From assembly GCF_009914755.1 (NCBI RefSeq), contig NC_060940.1: DNA of 64,000 nucleotides; one strand, written 5' to 3'. Shown here one piece after another: positions 13,655 to 26,300 of the stretch. The position numbers were made by a program, and so were the translations under genes. This stretch comes from the human T2T-CHM13v2.0 reference genome, Homo sapiens. The notes beneath the pieces are model-generated. The model was not told the origin of the DNA. It did not search any database and saw nothing but the letters and a program-made list of their open reading frames with translations. Numbering within the stretch: the first letter of the stretch is position 1; each line of letters starts with the position of its first letter.

Positions 13655-16600
13655 CTTCGTTGGAAACGGGATTTCTTCATATAATGCTAGAGGGAAGAAT
13701 TCTTAGTAACTTCTTTGTGTTGTGTGTATTCAACTGACAGAGTTGAACCTTCCTTTAGACAGAGCAGATTTGAAAGTCTCTTTTTGTGGAATTTGCAAGT
13801 GGAGATTTCAAGCGCTTTGAGGCCAAAAGCAGAAAAGGAAGTATTTTCCTATAAAAACTAGAGAGAATCATTCTCAGAAACTGCTCTGTGATGTGTGTGT
13901 TCAACTCACAGAGTTTAACTTTCTTTTCATTCAGCAGTTTGGAAACACTCTGTTTGGAAACTCTGCACGTGGTTATTTTGACCTCTTTGAGGCCTTCGTT
14001 GGAAACGGGTTTTTTTCATGTAAGGCTAGACAGAAGAAATCTCAGTAACTTCCTTGTGTTGTGTGTATTCAACTGACAGAGTTGAACCTTCCTTTAGACA
14101 GAGCAGATTCGAAACGCTCTTTTTCTGCAATTTGCAAGTGGAGACTTCAAGCGCTTTGAGGCCAAAGGCAGAAAAGGAAATATCTTCGTATAAAAACCCG
14201 ACAGAATCATTCTCAGAAACTGCTCTGTGATGTGTGCGTTCAACTCACAGAGTTTAACTTTTCTTTTCATTCAGCAGTTTGGAAACACTCTGTTTGTAAA
14301 GTCTGCAAGTGGATATCTTGGCCTCTTAGAGGCCTTCGTTGGAAACGCGTTTTTTCATGTAAGGTTAGACAGAGGAATTCCCAGTAACTTCCTTGTGTTG
14401 TGTGCATTCAACTCACAGAGTTGAATGATTCTTTACACAGACCTGATTTGAGACACACTTTTGGTGGAATTTGTAAGTGGAGAATTCAGCCGCTTTGAGG
14501 TCAACGGTAGAAAAGGAAATATCTTCGTATAAAAACTAGAAAGAATGATTCTCAGAAACTGTTTTGTGATGTGTGCGTTCAACTCAAAGAGTTTAACCTT
14601 TGTTTTCAAAGAGCAGTTAGGAAACACTCTGTTTGTAAAGTCTGCAAGTGGATATTCAGACCTCTTTGAAGCCTTCGTTGGAAACGGGATTTCATCATAT
14701 TATGCTAGACAGATGAATTCTCAGTAACTTCCTTGTGTTGTGTGTATTCAACTCACAGAGTTGAACGATCCTTTACACAGAGCAGATTTGAAACACTGTT
14801 TTTCTGGAATTTGCAAGTGGAGATTTCAGCCGCTTTGAGGTCAATGGTAGAAAAGGAAATATCTTCGTATAAAAACTGGACAGAATGATTCTCAGAAACT
14901 CCTTTGTGATGTGTGCGTTCAACTCACAGAGTTTAACCTTTCTTTTCACAGAGCAGTTAGGAAACACTCTGTTTGTGAAGCCTGCCAGTGGATATTCGGA
15001 CCTCTTTGAGGCCTTCGTTGGAAACGGGATTTCTTCATATTTTGCTAGACAGAAGATTTCTCAGTAACTTCTTTGTGTTGTGTGTATGCAACTCACAGAG
15101 TTCAACCTTCCTTTAGACAGAGCAGATTTGAAACACTCTTTTTGTGGAATTTGCAAGTGGAAATTTCAAGCACATCGATGCCAATGGTAGAAAAGGAAAT
15201 ATCTTCGTATAAAAACAAGACAAACTCGTTCCCAGACACTGCGTAGTGATGTGTGTGTTTAACTCACAGAGTTTAACCTTTCTTTTCATACAGCATTCTG
15301 GAAACCCTCTGTTTGTAAAGTCTGCAAGTGGATATTTGGACCTCTTAGATGCCTTCGTTGGAAACGGGATTTCCTCATATAATGCTAGAGGGAAGAATTC
15401 TTAGTAACTTCTTTGTGTTGTGTGTATTCAACTGACAGAGTTGAACCTTCCTTTAGACAGAGCAGATTTGAAAGTCTCTTTTTGTGGAATTTGCAAGTGG
15501 AGATTTCAAGCGCTTTGAGGCCAAAAGCAGAAAAGGAAATATTTTCCTATAAAAACACGACAGAATCATTCTCAGAAACTGCTCTGTGATGTGTGCGTTC
15601 AACTCACAGAGTTTAACTTTTCTTTTCATTCAGCAGTTTGGAAACACTGTTTGGAAAGTCTGCACGTGGATATTTTGACCTCTTTGAGGCCTTCGTTGGA
15701 AACGGGTTTTTTTCATGTAAGGCTAGACAGAAGAAATCTCAGTAACTTCCTTGTGTTGTGTGTATTCAACTGACAGAGTTGAACCTTCCTTTAGACAGAG
15801 CAGATTCGAAACACTCTTTTTCTGCAATTTGCAAGTGGAGACTTCAAGCGCTTTGAGGCCAAAGGCAGAAAAGGAAATATCTTCGTATAAAAACCCGACA
15901 GAATCATTCTCAGAAACTGCTCTGTGATGTGTGCGTTCAACTCACAGAGTTTAACTTTTCTTTTCATTCAGCAGTTTGGAAACACTCTGTTTGTAAAGTC
16001 TGCAAGTGGATATCTTGGCCTCTTAGAGGCCTTCGTTGGAAACGGGTTTTTTCATGTAAGGATAGACAGAGGAATTCCCAGTAACTTCCTTGTGTTGTGT
16101 GCATTCAACTCACAGAGTTGAATGATTCTTTACACAGAGCAGATTTGAGACACTCTTTTGGTGGAATTTGTAAGTGGAGAATTCAGCCGCTTTGAGGTCA
16201 ACGGTAGAAAAGGAAATATCTTCGTATAAAAACTAGACAGAATGATTCTCAGAAACTGTTTTGTGATGTGTGCGTTCAACTCACAGAGTTTAACCTTTCT
16301 TTTCAGAGAGCAGTTAGGAAACACTCTGTTTGTAAAGTCTGCAAGTGGATATTCAGACCTCTTTGAGGCCTTCGTTGGAAACGGGATTTCTTCATATTAT
16401 GCTAGACAGATGAATTCTCAGTAACTTCCTTGTGTTGTGTGTATTCAACTCACAGAGTTAAACGATCCTTTACACACAGCAGATTTGAAACACTGTTTTT
16501 CTGGAATTTGCAAGTGGAGATTTCAGCCGATTTGAGGTCAATGGTAGAAAAGGAAATATCTTCGTATAAAAACTAGACAGAATGATTCTCAGAAACTCCT

Positions 16601-17049
16601 TTGTGATGTGTGCGTTCAACTCACAGAGTTTAACCTTTCTTTTCACAGAGCAGTTAGGAAACACTCTGTTTGTGAAGCCTGCCAGTGGATATTCGGACCT
16701 CTTTGAGGCCTTCGTTGGAAACGGGATTTCTTCATATTATGCTAGACAGAAGATTTCTCAGTAACTTCTTTGTGTTGTGTGTATGCAACTCACAGAGTTC
16801 AACCTTCCTTTAGACAGAGCAGATTTGAAACACTCTTTTTGTGGAATTTGCAAGTGGAGATTTCAAGCGCTTCGATGCCAATGGTAGAAAAGGAAATATC
16901 TTCGTATAAAAACAAGACAAACTCGTTCCCAGACACTGCGTAGTGATGTGTGTGTTTAACTCACAGAGTTTAACCTTTCTTTTCATACAGCATTCTGGAA
17001 ACCCTGTGTTTGTAAAGTCTGCAAGTGGATATTTGGACCTCTTAGATGC

Positions 17050-18404
17050 CTTCGTTGGAAACGGGATTTCTTCATATAATGCTAGAGGGAAGAATTCTTA
17101 GTAACTTCTTTGTGTTGTGTGTATTCAACTGACAGAGTTGAACCTTCCTTTAGACAGAGCAGATTTGAAAGTCTCTTTTTGTGGAATTTGCAAGTGGAGA
17201 TTTCAAGCGCTTTGAGGCCAAAAGCAGAAAAGGAAATATTTTCCTATAAAAACTCGACAGAATCTTTCTCAGAAACTGCTCTGTGATGTGTGCGTTCAAC
17301 TCACAGAGTTTAACTTTTCTTTTCATTCAGCAGTTTGGAAACACTCTGTTTGTAAAGTCTGCAAGTGGATATCTTGGCCTCTTAGAGGCCTTCGTTGGAA
17401 ACGGGTTTTTTCATGTAAGGTTAGACAGAGGAATTCCCAGTAACTTCCTTGTGTTGTGTGCATTCAACTCACAGAGTTGAATGATTCTTTACACAGAGCA
17501 GATTTGAGACACTCTTTTGGTGGAATTTGTAAGTGGAGAATTCAGCTGCTTTGAGGTCAACGGTAGAAAAGGAAATATCTTCGTATAAAAACTAGACAGA
17601 ATGATTCTCAGAAACTGTTTTGTGATGTGTGCTTTCAACTCACAGAGTTTAACCTTTCTTTTCAAAGAGCAGTTAGGAAACACTCTGTTTGTAAAGTCTG
17701 CAAGTGGATATTCAGACCTCTTTGAGGACTTCGTTGGAAACGGGATTTCTTCATATTATGCTAGACAGATGAATTCTCAGTAACTTCCTTGTGTTGTGTG
17801 TATTCAACTCACAGAGTTGAACGATCCTTTATACAGAGCAGATTTGAAACACTGTTTTTCTGGAATTTGCAAGTGGAGATTTCAGCCGCTTTGAGGTCAA
17901 TGGTAGAAAAGGAAATATCTTCGTATAAAAACTGGACAGAATGATTCTCAGAAACTCCTTTGTGATGTGTGCGTTCAACTCACAGAGTTTAACCTTTCTT
18001 TTCACAGAGCAGTTAGGAAACACTCTGTGAAGCCTGCCAGTGGATATTCGGACCTCTTTGAGGCCTTCGTTGGAAACGGGATTTCTTCATATTATGCTAG
18101 ACAGAAGATTTCTCAGTAACTTCTTTGGGTTGTGTGTATGCAACTCACAGAGTTCAACCTTCCTTTAGACAGAGCAGATTTGAAACACTCTTTTTGTGGA
18201 ATTTGCAAGTGGAGATTTCAAGCGCTTCGATGCCAATGGTAGAAAAGGAAATATCTTCGTATAAAAACAAGACAAACTCGTTCCCAGACACTGCGTAGTG
18301 ATGTGTGTGTTTAACTCACAGAGTTTAACCTTTCTTTTCATACAGCATTCTGGAAACCCTCTGTTTGTAAAGTCTGCAAGTGGATATTTGGACCTCTTAG
18401 ATGC
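17050..18404 (+). repeat. 8-monomer variant HOR (1,355 bp), copy 1
   Basis: Box B at 17050 to the next box B at 18405. The box-C dimer (ggaaagtctgcacgtgg ... cagattcgaaac) is absent and there is a 4 bp deletion at ~18025: 1699-340-4=1355. Confidence 0.92.
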
Positions 18405-21400
18405 CTTCTTTGGAAACGGGATTTCTTCATATAATGCTAGAGGGAAGAATTCTTAGTAACTTCTTTGTGTTGTGTGTATTCAACTGACAGAGTTGAACCT
18501 TCCTTTAGACAGAGCAGATTTGAAAGTCTCTTTTTCTGGAATTTGCAAGTGGAGATTTGAAGCGCTTTGAGGCCAAAAGCAGAAAAGGAAATATTTTCCT
18601 ATAAAAACACGACAGAATCTTTCTCAGAAACTGCTCTGGGATGTGTGCGTTCAACTCACAGAGTTTAACTTTTCTTTTCATTCAGCAGTTTGGAAACACT
18701 CTGTTTGGAAAGTCTGCACGTGGATATTTTGACCTCTTTGAGGCCTTCGTTGGAAACGGGTTTTTTTCATGTAAGGCTAGACAGAAGAAATCTCAGTAAC
18801 TTCCTTGTGTTGTGTGTATTCAACTGACAGAGTTGAACCTTCCTTTAGACAGAGCAGATTCGAAACACTCTTTTTCTGCAATTTGCACGTGGAAACTTCA
18901 AGCGCTTTGAGGCCAAAGGCAGAAAAGGAAATATCTTCGTATAAAAACCCGACAGAATCACTCTCAGAAACTGCTCTGTGATGTGTGCGTTCAACTCACA
19001 GAGTTTAACTTTTCTTTTCATTCAGCAGTTTGGAAACACTCTGTTTGTAAAGTCTGCAAGTGGATATCTTGGCCTCTTAGAGGCCTTCGTTGGAAACGGG
19101 TTTTTTCATGTAAGGTTAGACAGAGGAATTCCCAGTAACTTCCTTGTGTTGTGTGCATTCAACTCACAGAGTTGAATGATTCTTTACACAGAGCAGATTT
19201 GAGACACTCTTTTGGTGGAATTTGTAAGTGGAGAATTCAGCCGCTTTGAGGTCAACGGTAGAAAAGGAAATATCTTCGTATAAAAACTAGACAGAATGAT
19301 TCTCAGAAACTGTTTTGTGATGTGTGCGTTCAACTCACAGAGTTTAACCTTTCTTTTCAAAGAGCAGTTAGGAAACACTCTGTTTGTAAAGTCTGCAAGT
19401 GGATATTCAGACCTCTTTGAGGCCTTCGTTGGAAACGGGATTTCTTCATATTATGCTAGACAGATGAATTCTCAGTAACTTCCTTGTGTTGTGTGTATTC
19501 AACTCACAGAGTTGAACGATCCTTTACACAGAGCAGATTTGAAACACTGTTTTTCTGGAATTTGCAAGTGGAGATTTCAGCCGCTTTGAGGTCAATGGTA
19601 GAAAAGGAAATATCTTCGTATAAAAACTAGACAGAATGATTCTCAGAAACTCCTTTGTGATGTGTGCGTTCAACTCACAGAGTTTAACCTTTCTTTTCAC
19701 AGAGCAGTTAGGAAACACTCTGTTTGTGAAGCCTGCCAGTGGATAATCGGACCTCTTTGAGGCCTTCGTTGGAAACGGGATTTCTTCATATTATGCTAGA
19801 CAGAAGATTTCTCAGTAACTTCTTTGGGTTGTGTGTATGCAACTCACAGAGTTCAACCTTCCTTTAGAGAGAGCATATTTGAAACACTCTTTTTGTGGAA
19901 TTTGCAAGTGGAGATTTCAAGCGCTTCGATGCCAATGGTAGAAAAGGAAATATCTTCGTATAAAAACAAGACAAACTCGTTCCCAGACACTGCGTAGTGA
20001 TGTGTGTGTTTAACTCACAGAGTTTAACCTTTCTTTTCATACAGCATTCTGGAAACCCTCTGTTTGTAAAGTCTGCAAGTGGATATTTGGACCTCTTAGA
20101 TGCCTTCGTTGGAAACGGGATTTCTTCATATAATGCTAGAGGGAAGAATTCTTAGTAACTTCTTTGTGTTGTGTGTATTCAACTGACAGAGTTGAACCTT
20201 CCTTTAGACAGAGCAGATTTGAAAGTCTCTTTCTGTGGAATTTGCAAGTGGAGATTTCAAGCGCTTTGAGGCCAAAAGCAGAAAAGGAAATATTTTCCTA
20301 TAAAAACTCGACAGAATCTTTCTCAGAAACTGCTCTGTGATGTGTGCGTTCAACTCACAGAGTTTAACTTTTCTTTTCATTCAGCAGTTTGGAAACACTC
20401 TGTTTGTAAAGTCTGCAAGTGGATATCTTGGCCTCTTAGAGGCCTTCGTTGGAAACGGGTTTTTTCATGTAAGGTTAGACAGAGGAATTCCCAGTAACTT
20501 CCTTGTGTTGTGTGCATTCAACTCACAGAGTTGAATGATTCTTTACACAGAGCAGATTTGAGACACTCTTTTGGTGGAATTTGTAAGTGGAGAATTCAGC
20601 TGCTTTGAGGTCAACGGTAGAAAAGGAAATATCTTCGTATAAAAACTAGACAGAATGATTCTCAGAAACTGTTTTGTGATGTGTGCTTTCAACTCACAGA
20701 GTTTAACCTTTCTTTTCAAAGAGCAGTTAGGAAACACTCTGTTTGTAAAGTCTGCAAGTGGATATTCAGACCTCTTTGAGGACTTCGTTGGAAACGGGAT
20801 TTCTTCATATTATGCTAGACAGATGAATTCTCAGTAACTTCCTTGTGTTGTGTGTATTCAACTCACAGAGTTGAACGATCCTTTATACAGAGCAGATTTG
20901 AAACACTGTTTTTCTGGAATTTGCAAGTGGAGATTTCAGCCGCTTTGAGGTCAATGGTAGAAAAGGAAATATCTTCGTATAAAAACTGGACAGAATGATT
21001 CTCAGAAACTCCTTTGTGATGTGTGCGTTCAACTCACAGAGTTTAACCTTTCTTTTCACAGAGCAGTTAGGAAACACTCTGTGAAGCCTGCCAGTGGATA
21101 TTCGGACCTCTTTGAGGCCTTCGTTGGAAACGGGATTTCTTCATATTATGCTAGACAGAAGATTTCTCAGTAACTTCTTTGGGTTGTGTGTATGCAACTC
21201 ACAGAGTTCAACCTTCCTTTAGACAGAGCAGATTTGAAACACTCTTTTTGTGGAATTTGCAAGTGGAGATTTCAAGCGCTTCGATGCCAATGGTAGAAAA
21301 GGAAATATCTTCGTATAAAAACAAGACAAACTCGTTCCCAGACACTGCGTAGTGATGTGTGTGTTTAACTCACAGAGTTTAACCTTTCTTTTCATACAGC

Positions 21401-23390
21401 ATTCTGGAAACCCTCTGTTTGTAAAGTCTGCAAGTGGATATTTGGACCTCTTAGATGCCTTCTTTGGAAACGGGATTTCTTCATATAATGCTAGAGGGAA
21501 GAATTCTTAGTAACTTCTTTGTGTTGTGTGTATTCAACTGACAGAGTTGAACCTTCCTTTAGACAGAGCAGATTTGAAAGTCTCTTTTTCTGGAATTTGC
21601 AAGTGGAGATTTGAAGCGCTTTGAGGCCAAAAGCAGAAAAGGAAATATTTTCCTATAAAAACTAGACAGAATCTTTCTCAGAAACTGCTCTGGGATGTGT
21701 GCGTTCAACTCACAGAGTTTAACTTTTCTTTTCATTCAGCAGTTTGGAAACACTCTGTTTGGAAAGTCTGCACGTGGATATTTTGACCTCTTTGAGGCCT
21801 TCGTTGGAAACGGGTTTTTTTCATGTAAGGCTAGACAGAAGAAATCTCAGTAACTTCCTTGTGTTGTGTGTATTCAACTGACAGAGTTGAACCTTCCTTT
21901 AGACAGAGCAGATTCGAAACACTCTTTTTCTGCAATTTGCACGTGGAAACTTCAAGCGCTTTGAGGCCAAAGGCAGAAAAGGAAATATCTTCGTATAAAA
22001 ACCCGACAGAATCACTCTCAGAAACTGCTCTGTGATGTGTGCGTTCAACTCACAGAGTTTAACTTTTCTTTTCATTCAGCAGTTTGGAAACACTCTGTTT
22101 GTAAAGTCTGCAAGTGGATATCTTGGCCTCTTAGAGGCCTTCGTTGGAAACGGGTTTTTTCATGTAAGGTTAGACAGAGGAATTCCCACTAACTTCCTTG
22201 TGTTGTGTGCATTCAACTCACAGAGTTGAATGATTCTTTACACAGAGCAGATTTGAGACACTCTTTTGGTGGAATTTGTAAGTGGAGAATTCAGCCGCTT
22301 TGAGGTCAACGGTAGAAAAGGAAATATCTTCGTATAAAAACTAGACAGAATGATTCTCAGAAACTGTTTTGTGATGTGTGCGTTCAACTCACAGAGTTTA
22401 ACCTTTCTTTTCAAAGAGCAGTTAGGAAACACTCTGTTTGTAAAGTCTGCAAGTGGATATTCAGACCTCTTTGAGGCCTTCGTTGGAAACGGGATTTCTT
22501 CATATTATGCTAGACAGATGAATTCTCAGTAACTTCCTTGTGTTGTGTGTATTCAACTCACAGAGTTGAACGATCCTTTACACAGAGCAGATTTGAAACA
22601 CTGTTTTTCTGGAATTTGCAAGTGGAGATTTCAGCCGCTTTGAGGTCAATGGTAGAAAAGGAAATATCTTCGTATAAAAACTAGACAGAATGATTCTCAG
22701 AAACTCCTTTGTGATGTGTGCGTTCAACTCACAGAGTTTAACCTTTCTTTTCACAGAGCAGTTAGGAAACACTCTGTTTGTGAAGCCTGCCAGTGGATAA
22801 TCGGACCTCTTTGAGGCCTTCGTTGGAAACGGGATTTCTTCATATTATGCTAGACAGAAGATTTCTCAGTAACTTCTTTGGGTTGTGTGTATGCAACTCA
22901 CAGAGTTCAACCTTCCTTTAGAGAGAGCATATTTGAAACACTCTTTTTGTGGAATTTGCAAGTGGAGATTTCAAGCGCTTCGATGCCAATGGTAGAAAAG
23001 GAAATATCTTCGTATAAAAACAAGACAAACTCGTTCCCAGACACTGCGTAGTGATGTGTGTGTTTAACTCACAGAGTTTAACCTTTCTTTTCATACAGCA
23101 TTCTGGAAACCCTCTGTTTGTAAAGTCTGCAAGTGGATATTTGGACCTCTTAGATGCCTTCGTTGGAAACGGGATTTCTTCATATAATGCTAGAGGGAAG
23201 AATTCTTAGTAACTTCTTTGTGTTGTGTGTATTCAACTGACAGAGTTGAACCTTCCTTTAGACAGAGCAGATTTGAAAGTCTCTTTCTGTGGAATTTGCA
23301 AGTGGAGATTTCAAGCGCTTTGAGGCCAAAAGCAGAAAAGGAAATATTTTCCTATAAAAACTCGACAGAATCTTTCTCAGAAACTGCTCT
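17181..23390 (+). repeat. Tandem duplication of an 18-monomer (8+10) block, period 3,054 bp (boundaries approximate)
   Basis: ORF pairs 17283/20337, 17601/20655 and 18978/22032. Shared TTCT box (18405/21459), gatttgaagcg and tttgcacgtggaaac variants. Confidence 0.88.
20104..21458 (+). repeat. 8-monomer variant HOR (1,355 bp), copy 2
   Basis: Same missing dimer and SNVs (cagctgct, gctttcaac, gaggacttcg, tttatacag), 3,054 bp after copy 1. Confidence 0.92.
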
Positions 23391-26300
23391 GGGATGTGTG
23401 CGTTCAACTCACAGAGTTTAACTTTTCTTTTCATTCAGCAGTTTGGAAACACTCTGTTTGGAAAGTCTGCACGTGGATATTTTGACCTCTTTGAGGCCTT
23501 CGTTGGAAACGGGTTTTTTTCATGTAAGGCTAGACAGAAGAAATCTCAGTAACTTCCTTGTGTTGTGTGTATTCAACTGACAGAGTTGAACCTTCCTTTA
23601 GACAGAGCAGATTCGAAACACTCTTTTTCTGCAATTTGCAAGTGGAAACTTCAAGCGCTTTGAGGCCAAAGGCAGAAAAGGAAATATCTTCGTATAAAAA
23701 CCCGACAGAATCACTCTTAGAAACTGCTCTGTGATGTGTGCGTTCAACTCACAGAGTTTAACTTTTCTTTTCATTCAGCAGTTTGGAAACACTCTGTTTG
23801 TAAAGTCTGCAAGTGGATATCTTGGCCTCTTAGAGGCCTTCGTTGGAAACGGGTTTTTTCATGTAAGGTTAGACAGAGGAATTCCCAGTAACTTCCTTGT
23901 GTTGTGTGCATTCAACTCACAGAGTTGAATGATTCTTTACACAGAGCAGATTTGAGACACTCTTTTGGTGGAATTTGTAAGTGGAGAATTCAGCCGCTTT
24001 GAGGTCAACGGTAGAAAAGGAAATATCTTCGTATAAAAACTAGACAGAATGATTCTCAGAAACTGTTTTGTGATGTGTGCGTTCAACTCACAGAGTTTAA
24101 CCTTTCTTTTCAAAGAGCAGTTAGGAAACACTCTGTTTGTAAAGTCTGCAAGTGGATATTCAGACCTCTTTGAGGCCTTCGTTGGAAACGGGATTTCTTC
24201 ATATTATGCTAGACAGATGAATTCTCAGTAACTTCCTTGTGTTGTGTGTATTCAACTCACAGAGTTGAACGATCCTTTACACAGAGCAGATTTGAAACAC
24301 TGTTTTTCTGGAATTTGCAAGTGGAGATTTCAGCCGCTTTGAGGTCAATGGTAGAAAAGGAAATATCTTCGTATAAAAACTAGACAGAATGATTCTCAGA
24401 AACTCCTTTGTGATGTGTGCGTTCAACTCACAGAGTTTAACCTTTCTTTTCACAGAGCAGTTAGGAAACACTCTGTTTGTGAAGCCTGCCAGTGGATATT
24501 CGGACCTCTTTGAGGCCTTCGTTGGAAACGGGATTTCTTCATATTATGCTATTCAGAAGATTTCTCAGTAACTTCTTTGTGTTGTGTGTATGCAACTCAC
24601 AGAGTTCAACCTTCCTTTAGACAGAGCAGATTTGAAACACTCTTTTTGTGGAATTTGCAAGTGGAGATTTCAAGCGCTTCGATGCCAATGGTAGAAAAGG
24701 AAATATCTTCGTATAAAAACAAGACAAACTCGTTCCCAGACACTGCGTAGTGATGTGTGTGTTTAACTCACAGAGTTTAACCTTTCTTTTCATACAGCAT
24801 TCTGGAAACCCTGTGTTTGTAAAGTCTGCAAGTGGATATTTGGACCTCTTAGATGCCTTCGTTGGAAACGGGATTTCTTCATATAATGCTAGAGGGAAGA
24901 ATTCTTAGTAACTTCTTTGTGTTGTGTGTATTCAACTGACAGAGTTGAACCTTCCTTTAGACAGAGCAGATTTGAAAGTCTCTTTTTGTGGAATTTGCAC
25001 GTGGAGATTTCAAGCGCTTTGAGGCCAAAAGCAGAAAAGGAAATATTTTCCTATAAAAACTCGACAGAATCTTTCTCAGAAACTGCTCTGGGATGTGTGC
25101 GTTCAACTCACAGAGTTTAACTTTTCTTTTCATTCAGCAGTTTGGAAACACTCTGTTTGGAAAGTCTGCACGTGGATATTTTGACCTCTTTGAGGCCTTC
25201 GTTGGAAACGGGTTTTTTTCATGTAAGGCTAGACAGAAGAAATCTCAGTAACTTCCTTGTGTTGTGTGTATTCAACTGACAGAGTTGAACCTTCCTTTAG
25301 ACAGAGCAGATTCGAAACACTCTTTTTCTGCAATTTGCAAGTGGAGACTTCAAGCGCTTTGAGGCCAAAGGCAGAAAAGGAAATATCTTCGTATAAAAAC
25401 CCGACAGAATCATTCTCAGAAACTGCTCTGTGATGTGTGCGTTCAACTCACAGAGTTTAACTTTTCTTTTCATTCAGCAGTTTGGAAACACTCTGTTTGT
25501 AAAGTCTGCAAGTGGATATCTTGGCCTCTTAGAGGCCTTCGTTGGAAACGGGTTTTTTCATGTAAGGATAGACAGAGGAATTCCCAGTAACTTCCTTGTG
25601 TTGTGTGCATTCAACTCACAGAGTTGAATGATTCTTTACACAGAGCAGATTTGAGACACTCTTTTGGTGGAATTTGTAAGTGGAGAATTCAGCCGCTTTG
25701 AGGTCAACGGTAGAAAAGGAAATATCTTCGTATAAAAACTAGACAGAATGATTCTCAGAAACTGTTTTGTGATGTGTGCGTTCAACTCACAGAGTTTAAC
25801 CTTTCTTTTCAAAGAGCAGTTAGGAAACACTCTGTTTGTAAAGTCTGCAAGTGGATATTCAGACCTCTTTGAGGCCTTCGTTGGAAACGGGATTTCTTCA
25901 TATTATGCTAGACAGATGAATTCTCAGTAACTTCCTTGTGTTGTGTGTATTCAACTCACAGAGTTGAACGATCCTTTACACAGAGCAGATTTGAAACACT
26001 GTTTTTCTGGAATTTGCAAGTGGAGATTTCAGCCGCTTTGAGGTCAATGGTAGAAAAGGAAATATCTTCGTATAAAAACTAGACAGAATGATTCTCAGAA
26101 ACTCCTTTGTGATGTGTGCGTTCAACTCACAGAGTTTAACCTTTCTTTTCACAGAGCAGTTAGGAAACACTCTGTTTGTGAAGCCTGCCAGTGGATAATC
26201 GGACCTCTTTGAGGCCTTCGTTGGAAACGGGATTTCTTCATATTATGCTAGACAGAAGATTTCTCAGTAACTTCTTTGTGTTGTGTGTATGCAACTCACA

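Larger units (their letters stand above)
1..16625 (+). repeat. Super-repeat of HORs: units of 4,410, 4,410, 3,395 and 4,410 bp (26-, 26-, 20- and 26-mer)
   Basis: The same register recurs at 1, 4411, 8821, 12216 and 16626. Marker ORFs lie at 1673/6083/9478/13888 and 3376/7786/11181/15591. Units share 1 bp and 2 bp deletions and the CGCG box variant. Confidence 0.92.
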
